64,000 nucleotides of DNA from Selaginella moellendorffii (Eukaryota > Plantae > Lycopodiophyta): contig NW_003314270.1 of NCBI RefSeq assembly GCF_000143415.4, positions 742,453 through 806,452 of the forward strand, given 5' to 3'. Made by a program: the position numbers and the translations under genes. Under the pieces are notes generated by a model, which saw nothing but the letters and a program-made list of their open reading frames with translations, ran no database searches and was not told the origin of the DNA. Positions 38,301-50,476 of the stretch are shown here, one piece after another. Positions within the stretch are counted from its first letter, which is position 1. Each line of letters starts with the position of its first letter.

Positions 38301-39480
38301 ATTCACACTCATTTGTTATTTTTTAATATATATATATATTAATGTAAATCCAAAGCCACCATAACTTATAGAAACATTTATAGACTTTTAACAAAATTGT
38401 TATTTTATAGTGTTACTTATCAAGTTCTTTTGAAATAAATTACTAAAAAGGAAAGTACTGTTATGGTTGACAATATTAATCTTTTGTAAAAAGTCTTTTA
38501 ATAAAGCAAGAGGTATTATTTCTAACAAGCACACCATTTATTAAATATAATATATTTAATGAATTAACTAAAACATTTGTTATAGCACATAATAAAAAAG
38601 AATTTCCCTCACAACTTAAGTATTTAGATAATAGAAAAAAGATGAATCTAGCTAACTTCTCATAAATAAAAGTTTTAATTTTAGTTTTAAAAATATATTT
38701 TATAAAAGCACAGTAAATGTTTCAAACTATTATAGTTATGATAATATAAAAATTTGAGGAGTTTTTTGAGATCAATTTATAAAGCCTTTTTAAAAATTGT
38801 TATTGATGAAGATAATTTTCTAAAGATACCTAGAATTTAAGTGAAATATTTTGTAAATAAAAAAATAAAAAATGAAACTTTACAAAATGAAACATTAATA
38901 CCAATGTTTAAGCTTTTACATGTTTATAATAGTATAGTAGATGGAGAGAAGTTGATTGATATGTTTTTATATTTGTAGAGCTTGAGATAGCAAAAAGCAT
39001 TATAATATCCCATTTAAGTAAGAATTTATTTCTCTCAAAAACAAACTAGCAAGATGTTTATAATAATTATTCAAGTATGCAACTATAAACACAATCTAAT
39101 ATGATAAAAAAAAGTGAATAAAGCTATTCTTTATCAAGCAATAAATAAATATTAGAAAAATTAAGATTAATATACAGGACAAGTGTTGAAGGTCTAAAAA
39201 AATTTATTTTAATACTATACTCTTTAATAATATTATAAGTGTTATAAATTTAAGTTGGCAACATAACGGAATATATATTTTAAATAATAAGGATGTTGAG
39301 TATATGGAGTGCTTTTGTGCCACTAGGGCAATGCTTATGGAGTGGCCAACCACTTATAGTCTACTCTAAAGGTATAGTTCATCAACTTTTGATAATTAAC
39401 TAATAACTAATTTTAGATCATATAAACATAAAAATAAAATCTAATAATTTTAGAATAATATAAAGTTTATATATACACCA
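32400..39480. mobile_element. Highly decayed, AT-rich element with long imperfect inverted repeats (class unresolved; boundaries approximate)
   Basis: No ORF of 60 aa or more. Colinear reverse-complement anchors 32878-32891/39178-39191, 32930-32943/39125-39138, 32968-32980/39087-39099 and 33020-33033/39039-39052. Internal direct repeats ggttcaaatata at 34830, 35009 and 35391. Confidence 0.65.
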
Positions 39481-40513
39481 AAAAGTGAGTTTTTAAAATT
39501 TAGTTAATCTCATTGGGTCACTAAATAATAATTTTATAAGATTTTTCATGGGTATGTTCTTCATGTTTGAGTTAGTAAGTTTGAAAAGGAAATAGAAATA
39601 AATACATATCGAGGTTGCTGAAAAATTATCTTCCTTTGGGTGGAGGTTTTGTCTCAAGATAGGAAATGAAACTTTGTGATATTCTTTTAATCTATTTGAG
39701 AACTAGCAACAAAATTCAAGATTTATGAATCTGCAAAGTGCAGAAATTTATTTCAAGTTGGTTAAAAAGCATTAAAAGCATAGAAGTTTTAATCTTAACA
39801 ATTAAAAGATAAGAAGCTAAATATTTTCTACCCATTGCCCTAGATCTTCCCCTATTAAATGTAAGGAGGGCATTTATAGAAAATCATAAAGGTGCTTTGA
39901 TAATCTTAATAAACACCTTATGGACGTTATCAACCATGCCAACCAACCACAAAAGCATAGCATTTAAAATTAGTCTTCAGATGCCAATTTCCGTTAAATG
40001 CATGGTGAGCAGAAGCTTGAGTGATTATCTTGGTAGTAAACATAACTTCTTTTTTTTTCCTTCAAATCCTAGCACCTCACGCTAAATCAAATGAAATCCA
40101 GATCTGGGAGTCTGGCATAAATTGAGACAAAACTACATGCTATGCTCCTTTACCATCTAATCAATCTATACCAACCAAAAGAAACATCCTTAAAGCTTTG
40201 GTTATGTTTGGGAAGATGTCAAAAGGTTGCTGTTTCCACAAATCTTCCAGTACTGGGATTATTTGTGGGATTTGTGGATAGTTTATTACATTACATTACA
40301 TTAACTCCCATAAATAGCCAATTCCTTGACTGAACTGGAATGGCGTTGTTTATCTCTGCTTACTGCACATTAGTGAAGTATATAAGAATTTACCGGTGCA
40401 GTAACAATTGCTGGTGTCTCATGCATGACCCATTCTATAAAAACGGCAGCTGTGGGGGTTTCTCAATCGTGTTATCGATAGTTTTCTTTCACTTTTTTGT
40501 TTGATCTCTAGCA

Positions 40514-40936
40514 ATGGCCACCGCTGCTGCTGGAGCTGCTATCACGGCCACCGGCGACTGTACTGCTGGATGTGCTTGTGGGAATCCATGCCCATGCGGA
40601 GATCATTGCAAGTAAGAGATATCTTTGTGTTTCTAGAACTGTTGATCTATCAACAAATCCCTTAATCACAGATGTGGAGCAATGGGTAGTGTTGCTGGAA
40701 GAACGTAAGTTTCTGTTATGGATCCTTTTCTTTCCAATATATACATTATGCTAGTTTTGCAACTCTTTTGATCATGTGCTAGTGGCCACGACGGAGTTTT
40801 CTGCGAATGCGGTGCAAATTGCAAGTGTGAGACATGCGCCTGTGCCAAGAAAACTGCCTCAGGCGAGCCCTTCTGCAAGTGTGGCTGGACATGCAGTTGT
40901 GAGACTTGCTCTTGCCCCAAGCCCGTGCAAGGTTGA
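40514..40936 (+). CDS. Type-4 (Ec-like) metallothionein, copy 3, 94 aa, 19 Cys
   Basis: Exons 40514-40611, 40672-40704 and 40783-40936 (285 nt, in frame) give MATAAAGAAITATGDCTAGCACGNPCPCGDHCKCGAMGSVAGRTGHDGVFCECGANCKCETCACAKKTASGEPFCKCGWTCSCETCSCPKPVQG*. CATGCATG at 40420-40427 and TATAAAA at 40436. Confidence 0.9.
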
Positions 40937-41244
40937 TGGATCAAGGAAGAAAATTCTTGCAATTTTTAGCTCAATAATGATTTGATTTGCAATTGTTCTG
41001 CGTAGACATATTGTGGTTCAAACTCTGGTCAAAATGATGCCAAGCAAATGCTTCCTCATCTGTCTTATATTTAATTGACTGGAATATAGGAATAATAAAA
41101 GTGAAGTATTTTTCGTCATGAACGGCTTTTCCTCATCATATGAGTTGTAGTCTTTATCGAGACAAATCGGGGCAGTGGAACTTTGAGTGGTCTATCTGTA
41201 TTAAATTCCTCCTTTTTTTGGTCTACATTGGAAAGTAAAGAGAC

Positions 41245-41375
41245 TTCGGTTTTGGAGTTTTGGAGCTGTGATCAGGGTGGCCGTGGATCAACCTGGGAAA
41301 GTTATATCCTCGTCCACTTTGACAGTGTTCCAAGCCCCAAGGTCCGTTGCTCTCCACCGTTTTGGACGTGATGGT
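41245..41375. pseudogene. Scrambled short fragments of the legumin-like gene
   Basis: ctgggaaagttat.tcctcgtccactttgaca, ccaag.cccaagg and tctccaccgttttggacg match pieces of 42554-42701. Confidence 0.65.
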
Positions 41376-42058
41376 TCTTGCAGCGACAGATGAATCCTCG
41401 CTCCATGTATTTATGAGTTGTAGTTTGTCGAAAAAAAAAAAAAAAAAAAAAAAAGTAGAAACACACAGTTCAAAGAAACTCGTGCATCTCCACGTACCAC
41501 TGCCACAATTCAACCACTTGAAAATTGGTTTCTTCGTCGGCTATGTTGTGTTTCAGATGTCCGAGGGAGCTTTGGCCGACTGTGGCTCCTCCCAAGCTTC
41601 AACAAAGGCCAGATTGGTGATACATGGTTGTGGTTCAAATTCCGGTCAAAACGATGCCAGAATGGGAATAGGAATAAGTATTTTTCGTATTTCGTGAAGT
41701 ATTTATTATTATTCTAGTCAATTAAATATAAGACAAATGAGACTGTGGCTCCTCCCAAGCTTCAGCAAAGAGATTGGTGATACATGCACTGCTGACGTGA
41801 GTACTTGTGCATATTCAGCCCAGTGCCACTAGCTGCATGCATTTTATAGTGGAATTCCTTGTTCATTGGTGAAAGTCGCTGGAGGAGGAATTCTTTTTGT
41901 TAAAATTGTTGTAAAATTGTAATCACCAATTTGGAGCAGTCCAGTGCTCCAATTCCTGAGTCGGCCAAGAACAAAGCGACAAGTGAAAGCTCTCTTGGAC
42001 ATATGAAGCACCACATAATTAACAAAGAAGGTGGTGATTTTATTGAGCCAAACAGACT

Positions 42059-43406
42059 TTAGCGGCATAAAAAAGGCTCAATCCACGCTTCACGAGCAAA
42101 AATAATAGCTTCCTCTTGGTGAGCACTCTGGACCACATTTGCCTTTTCTTCGCGAATATTGAGCATGCGCGATAGAACACGTAGAGGAATGCCTCTGTAA
42201 ACCGAATTTCTCCTCGACAAGTAAGAGATCATAGGCCTAAACACACACTAAAAAAGAAAGTTAAAAAAAACTATGGAGAGTTTTGGATACCTGTGGGATG
42301 TGACGAATGTGATGTAATGGAAGCTCTCCTCGCTGGAAGGATAGAAAGCTGGAACGACAACGAGCGACCCTTGTTCCAGTTCTGCGTCGAGAACTCTCTC
42401 GCCACTGGGATCCACGACCTCGATCCTTCCTCGTCCATGAACGACGTAGAGGATCTGATGGCTACCATGGAACCAATTTGGAGCGACCATGGCTCCCTGG
42501 AAAAAACTAGTATTAACTCACAGAAGATGGAGGTCTCTACCTTACACTCCATACCAAGTCCCAAGGTTCGTAGAATAGGAAGCTTGTAGCTGCTGAGCTC
42601 TCGGATCTCTCCACCGTTTTGGACGCGAACGTCGGGATGGATCTCGATCGATCGAAAGCGTTGGTGGCATCTGGGAAAGTTATGTCCTCGTCCACTTTGA
42701 CAATGCCAACACCGCTTTGGCCCTCCAAGACGTCTCGAACGCTGCTCTTGTCCAGCTCCCAGGCCCGTGAAAGAACTCCCGAGCTGAAGCCATGGATCAG
42801 AGCTCCAAAACCAAATCCTCTCTGGCTTTGCTCGTCCGGCTTTCCTCCGGCCAGAAGGAATGGCTGCCAAGTAGAAAAAAAAAAAGCTTCTCTACAAGAA
42901 CGATGGCGGAAAAAGAGAGGTTTTTACCTTTGTGTGACGATTGTCAGCCAGATGTGCGACTCCCATGATTTCCAGCTCCTGGTCTCCGCCGTTGTACCAC
43001 CACAAAGCAACTCCTTGCGGAACTGCGACAACATCTCCTCTCTCTCCCGTGTCTTACGATCAACAAGAGAGGTGAGAATCCCAACAAGTCCACCACCTAT
43101 CGTTTGAGAACCATAGAACCAACCTTACGAAAGCTTAGCGAAGAACAAGGAGAAAGTTTGAGAACTATAGCTATACCTCAAGTGACAATGTGGAGCAGGG
43201 AAGAGTAGAGATAGAATGGAAGCAAGAGACCCCTACGCTTGAGCATCGTCCGGCCAGCCACAACTCCGAGCTCTTCGAAAACTCCGGAGACTTCCCAGAC
43301 TTCCAATTTTCCACCGTCGGATTTGAGCGCCTGCGGCCTCAAATCGCTCCATGGACGACGCGATGAGCGCGAGAAAAAATGCGAGAAATCCTCTCAGTGA
43401 TCTCAT
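42059..43406 (-). pseudogene. Full-length 11S legumin/glutelin-like bicupin gene (copy B) with frameshifts and a stop
   Basis: Signal peptide MRSLRGFLAFFLALIASS; SDGGKLEVWE..GVVAGR..GLLLPFY; DVVAVPQGVALWWYNGG; FLLAGG; IHGFS..VLSRAW; PDVRVQNGG..LPILRTLGLG; AMVAPNW; YVVHGRGRIEVV; SVYRGIPLRVL. TATAAA at ~43476-43481 and CATGCA at ~43497-43502 on the minus strand. Confidence 0.85.
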
Positions 43407-43895
43407 ATCTTTTGGATGATCGAGAGAGCGAAGGCTTCCTGGCTTTGGCGCTGTGATGGATCCTCGCTCCATGGATTTATAAGCTGGGAGAATTCGTGCA
43501 TGGAGGTAGCGTGCCTGCAAAAGTTTTCACAGAAAGAGGGAAATGACACTGCTCCACTGCTCCGCCATGGCAGCTCCTGGGCGATCGTTTGCCCTAATCT
43601 CTGGGCGCTAGCCCTAAAAACCGGGGCATACTGTTCTTCTCTCCAAGATGCCCTTCACGGGCATGAGGCAGCGCGGTAGGGTTCTTACTGGACAGCGCAC
43701 TCGATCTGGAAGCTAGGGTTTCCATGACGCCTTGATCCACACGCCGCATTCTTCCTGGATCGGCGCCACTCCCAGGTTCGCAAACTTCTCTAGATCTGAG
43801 GCGTGCGCGGCCCGTGCAGTGGGAAAATCCGATCGATGACCGCTCGTGCATAGCCAGGATCGATCGATCGACTCGCCCGCCCTAAGATCTCCAGG

Positions 43896-45614
43896 ATGGA
43901 GGAGGGAAATCCTCAAGAGATCGCGGTGGCCGGCCCAAGCCGCGATCGCCCGGCGGATTTCTCCGTGCCGCGCAAGAAGCGCGCGATGAAGAGCCAGCCC
44001 CGGCAAATGCAGAGCAGCATCGACGTCCTGGCGGAGGTACTGGCGGAGCGATGCGGCGATGCCGAGGGGGCGGTGTGCGAGTCCGAGGAGATCGAGGAGG
44101 ACGATGGCTGTGGTGGCGAGGACGAAGAGGGCGGCAGCGAGGACACCAATCCCGACGATAGCATCGCCCGCGAGCGTCGGAGTAGCGGCCTGGACAAGGA
44201 TCGAGGAGGAGGAGCAAAGAAGCGGGGCATGGAGCCTTACAAGTTCACGCGCTGTAAGCTCAAGAACCGGCACTTCCTCCGCGAGGGACAGGGGCTGGCG
44301 ATGATCCGGAGCCTTGGGCTCGAGCAGTTCTTGCTCCACACCGAGGTTCCCAGATTCAACAAGAGCTACTGCACGGACTTCATCACGACTTACAGCCACC
44401 ACAAAGGTGCCGGGGTGGTGAATGGCCGGCTCATCAAGATCACTGCGCAGGCCGTGAGGAAGCTCACGGGTCTACCTCTTGGAACCCGAGGCGAGCGGGC
44501 CATCGTTCACGACGTCCGGGCGGAGGATCTTCCAGTGATGGACAGGCTCATTCCGGGGCTCAAACGGACGAGCTATGGATACGACTTGCGGTATCTGCGA
44601 TACAAGGACCAGACCGAGACGTTCGTGGCAGTGGCGAGTGCTCTGTCCGAGAAGCTGGTCTGCCGGACTTTCAAGCTGACTTACATCAAGGGGGCGATCA
44701 TCCTGGCCATGGAGACGTCGCTGCGGCTCAAGGTGCTCATGCAGTGGGCCGACTTCATGGCCGAGACGATCAAGAACGCGATCAAGCTGACGAAGCTGAG
44801 GACGAGGAACGTGAGGTTTGCGTTTGGGGAGTGGCTGACGGGGATGATCGAGAACGCTCTCGGGGAGGAGCTGGAAGGGGAGAAGGGAACCGGACTGGTG
44901 GAGAACGGGTGCAGCGACTCCCAGGGTGAGATGAAGTTCCAGGAGAAGGAGGAGCCGATGGAAAACGACGTTGCTTTGCTACTCATGGCGGCAGCTCCAG
45001 CTTTAGCCCCAGCTCCAGAGAGTGTGGTTGCGATCGAAGCTCCACAGCAGCAGCAGGAAACGCTGCCGCTCGTCGCTCTAACGCCTCACAAGATCAAGAA
45101 GCGCGTGAGAACAGCGATGCCAACCACGACGGCGTGCGGCAGCGACTCTACGAGCGAGGAAGTGAAACGTCTCCAGCAGCAGCTAGCCGACGCCGAGAGA
45201 CGCGAGCGATGGTACGTGACGATGAATCTCAGCATGGCCCGCGAGCTGGAGAGGCTGAGGCTGGAGCTGGAGTCGGTCAAAGGCGGGCAGAGCGCGGCGC
45301 TGGCCGTGAAAGACGCGGCGGAGCCGAGGGAGCCAGCGGAGGAAAGCAAGGAAATGCCACTGGCTCTCAGGAGCTCCACGCCGAGGAACGGAGAGGAGGC
45401 ACAGATCGACAGGGTCATCGAGAGCCTGGAGAAGAAGAGCGCTGTCCACGAGCAGGAGGTATCACGGCTCAAGCAGGAGCTGGAGGAGCAAAGAAAACTC
45501 ATCGAGCTGGTCAAGAGGAGCCGGGGGATTCCACTGGAGGCGATCGATCGACGCGAGCAAAAGCGATTGCGTCGCGACTTGGAGAAGGACAAAGCCAAGA
45601 CGAATCCATCCTAG
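43896..45614 (+). CDS. Intronless 572-aa protein: acidic N-terminus, transposon-ORF-like central domain, coiled-coil C-terminus
   Basis: Long GC-rich ORF. DFITTY...VNGRLIKITAQAVRKLTGLP resembles extra-ORF domains of plant retroelements (recall). Heptad-rich C-terminus. Confidence 0.65.
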   Translation: MEEGNPQEIAVAGPSRDRPADFSVPRKKRAMKSQPRQMQSSIDVLAEVLAERCGDAEGAVCESEEIEEDDGCGGEDEEGGSEDTNPDDSIARERRSSGLDKDRGGGAKKRGMEPYKFTRCKLKNRHFLREGQGLAMIRSLGLEQFLLHTEVPRFNKSYCTDFITTYSHHKGAGVVNGRLIKITAQAVRKLTGLPLGTRGERAIVHDVRAEDLPVMDRLIPGLKRTSYGYDLRYLRYKDQTETFVAVASALSEKLVCRTFKLTYIKGAIILAMETSLRLKVLMQWADFMAETIKNAIKLTKLRTRNVRFAFGEWLTGMIENALGEELEGEKGTGLVENGCSDSQGEMKFQEKEEPMENDVALLLMAAAPALAPAPESVVAIEAPQQQQETLPLVALTPHKIKKRVRTAMPTTTACGSDSTSEEVKRLQQQLADAERRERWYVTMNLSMARELERLRLELESVKGGQSAALAVKDAAEPREPAEESKEMPLALRSSTPRNGEEAQIDRVIESLEKKSAVHEQEVSRLKQELEEQRKLIELVKRSRGIPLEAIDRREQKRLRRDLEKDKAKTNPS

Positions 45615-45639
45615 TGTAAAAAGTAAGTTCTTTCCTTCC

Positions 45640-45710
45640 TTTCCATTGACACCATCTTTGCTTTTACCACTCGACACCATCTTCGTTTTTCCCATTGACA
45701 CCATCTTTGT
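45640..45710. repeat. Three-unit ~25-bp tandem repeat (cca(t/c)t(c)gacaccatctt)
   Basis: gacaccatctt occurs three times between the convergent 3' ends. Confidence 0.7.
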
Positions 45711-45934
45711 TCTTCCAGATTAGCATTCGTGGATTAGATTGACGACCATCGGCTAACTTGCGGCGGAAAGAGGAAGAAAAAAGAAAGAAGAAAGCAAGTT
45801 GTGATAGCGAGACAAAAGGTACTATATGTTTGGTCCCATTCGGTGTGTCATATTAATACAGTGGTTGGAATTTTACAGATCAGGCAGCCAAGATCTCTAC
45901 TCTCTTTGTCTTCCTTGACGGCGAGCAATCGAAT

Positions 45935-47707
45935 CTAAATCTGATATTGGTGGTGGTGGTGGTGGTGGCGGTGGAACACCGCGCCTTGGAATGACGCAGG
46001 CATTGAGCTGTGAAGGCTGTCGTCACACTTGAGCCGCACGGAAAGTTCCCCCTCGTGATCGCTGCCCGTGTGATGCTGCTCGTCGTCGTCACCGCCACCA
46101 AATTCTGGATGGTGGTGATGGTGATCCTCCTCCTCCACACGCAAGCCCGGCCGGATCCCGGCGGCGGCGGCGCCGCTGCCACCGACGAATCCCGCCGCCT
46201 GGCCTTTCTCGTGAGCCGCTTGCTGGAGTGCCTGGAGCTGCTTGAGAGTGGCGAGCGTGTCCACGTTGTACGGCGGGGCGCCGCCACCGCTGCTGCCGCT
46301 ACTCCTGGTACGGAGGAGAGGTAGAGTGGAGGAGGACCTTTGGTGGTGGTGGATTTGCATGGTGCCGCCAAAGGTGGCACCCTCGTAGGCCTGGAACGAA
46401 GCAATCGGGAATGGCTCGGGCGTGACGCCGCTCAATCGCTTGAGATAGAGACGATACTTCTACACAGGGAAGAAGACAGAGCGTTGGAAAAGAGAGAAAG
46501 AACAAACTGGTAATGCGATTACCTGGAGGTGACTGGCGACGTTCTCTCTCGTGAGCCCCTGGATGTTCATCACTTCGAGAATCCTCTTTGGCACGGCCTC
46601 TATGACAAGAAACTTAGAATGTGAGCTCTCGAGATCGAAGAAAACAAGAAGTAACTTACTTTCGATTCCTATGTGGTTGATGGCCTTGACGAACTGCTGG
46701 TGGAGGTCGAATGACCACACCACCCTCGCCTTCTTGTTGCTGGCGATGCTCCTCACGCTCTCGTCGCCGCCACCGCCGCCAAAGTCGCAGCTCGGACGCT
46801 TCTTCTTTCGCAGGAGGCGGAGGTCAACGTCGGCCTCCTCGGAGGAATCCGTGGGGGTTGACCTCATGAAGTCCTCCCACTCCTCGGGAGCTTCGTCTCG
46901 GACAGCCGAGTCCTTGGTACGCCGCCGGACGACATGCTGCCAGATGTTCCGTAGCTCCTCGATCCTCACGGGCTTCACCAGGTAATCGCAGGCTCCATAC
47001 ACGACGCCCTTCATCACCGCGTCCGTCTCGCCGCTGGCGGACATCACTGTTGCAAGGAAACAAAAGAGTGTGAGTGTGAGCGTCACCATTAGAATCTTTG
47101 TTGCTTTCTTCTCTCTTCTGTTTTGTTTCTACGGGTTTGCCGTAGCTGTCCCGGGTTTGTTTCGTCCTGGGCGAAAGCATTAAAGAGGGAGAGAAGACTT
47201 ACTGATAACGGGGATCCCCATCTCCAAGCCAATGAGCTCCAGCAGCTTGAAACCGTCCATGTCAGGCATATGAACGTCGCTGATTACTACGTCGAATGAT
47301 TCTTTCCTCTCCCGGAGGATTGTCAAGGCTGCTGTCGCACGGCTGCAAGTTGTAACTGCGAGAGAAACCACACTCCAAGTCAGAAAGAAAGAACCACGAG
47401 ACAACAGGCAAGAGGTACATCCCAGCGAACTTTTACTTGGAAAAAGATAAACTCCAAGACAGAGTATCTAGCAGCAGCCAAAACATTTTGAGAGTCAAGC
47501 AGCACACAGGAAAAAAAGCTTTTAAGAGTCAAGCAGCAAAGAGCTTCAAGAAGAACAAGCAATGACTTTCGAGTGGATTGAAAAGAATTGGAGTGAAAGC
47601 TTACCAGCATACTTGCATTCTCGCAGCATTCGCTCTAGCAGAGTGAGGCAGCAAGGATCATCGTCCACGACTAACACCTTGAGACCTGTGGGCGAGAAGT
47701 GATCCAT
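45935..47707 (-). CDS. Type-B response regulator (cytokinin signalling; receiver domain plus GARP Myb)
   Basis: [86 protein letters not shown]. Confidence 0.95.
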
Positions 47708-48995
47708 TTAGCGCATAAAAGTTATCCTGCGAAAAGAATAAAAAATCTGGATGAAACAGTGCTTGGCAAAGGAAGGATGGAGCTCGAGCTCCACAGAAGA
47801 AGAAGAAGGAGAAGAAGAAAGTCTCTGACACACAAGAACGATCGAGCTCCAAACGAAAGAAAGAAATCTCAAGGCGCAAGGATTGAAGAGAAGAAAGAAG
47901 AAGAAACATGATCGAAATATCGCCGGGCGAGGGCTAGGGATTGCGATCGAGCTCATCCCCGATCGAAATATCGCCCCGCGAGGCTCCGGAGCATCGAGAG
48001 GAGGGATTGGAGAGCGAAGAACACAAGTACCTGGCCTGGCCGCTGGACAAACGATGCCAAGATCCTCCCGCCGACACAAATTTACGCGATCGCGAGAGGC
48101 GCGAGATCAGATATTCTCATGGAAAGTTCACACGCGCCGTGACGCTCCACTCGCGGCCTGCATTCGCCATTTGCCTGCCCGGCGCCTGCGCAGCGCGCTC
48201 GATCCGATTATCCCACTTGACGCGGAAGAACAAAAGGGAAAAAAAAATTAAACGCAAAGTCCAGTTGTCCATTTTTGTCGAATCGGCCATGGCCCATGTA
48301 CGAAGACTTCCATGCTGCCACGTGGCATATTGCTACTGGCTCGCAGCAAGAACGTTTGAACAATGCCAATTGTCAAATTGTGTGCGCCCGTGTGTCTTGG
48401 TACATCTTCTCTCTCGCTCTTCGTTGGGTGACCTAAAAATTGTATGGGCACGCGCGTAAACCAGGCTTTACCTTATCAAATTCGGGTGGAACACGCAACG
48501 CAGCAACACCGCCTCAATTTCAAAGAGATTAAACATGTAACAACACACGAGAAAGACTTTGGGCGATTGAATGCTCCAACTTGCAATGCCAGAGAGACGC
48601 GATGGAAGAAAAAAAAGAAAAAAAAAAAAAGAAAGAAAGAAAAAGAGAGGAAAGAAAAGATAATCGAAAAGACCCTTCCGGTTAGTTTGCTGGATTTCCA
48701 CTGCTACAACTGTTGGTGGTGGTGGAACCCTCTTTTTCCTCTTTTTCTTTCCTCCGCCACCTTTTTTCGCTACCCTAAGATCATTGTCAACTAACCAGAT
48801 AGATTTGCTCCCTGACGTGACATGGAGTGTTCCAAGCCACACAATGCGGGGCGCAACTTGGATGCCCAAGCAAAAAGCCTGAAAAGATCTTTGGCTCGCC
48901 AACTTTGTTTGATTGCTATTCGCGCACTAGATTTGTTTGACAATCGCTCAATCGAATATCCTCTTACCAAATGAAAAGCTATGCTTTTATTTTTT

Positions 48996-50380
<1,385 letters not shown>

Positions 50381-50476
50381 TTGATGCTCAAGAACCCTAA
50401 AACCCCGACAAAAAAGTTTTAAGAACCCTAAAGTATGCCGGTATATTCACTTTTTAAAAAAGAATCCGTTGACCAT

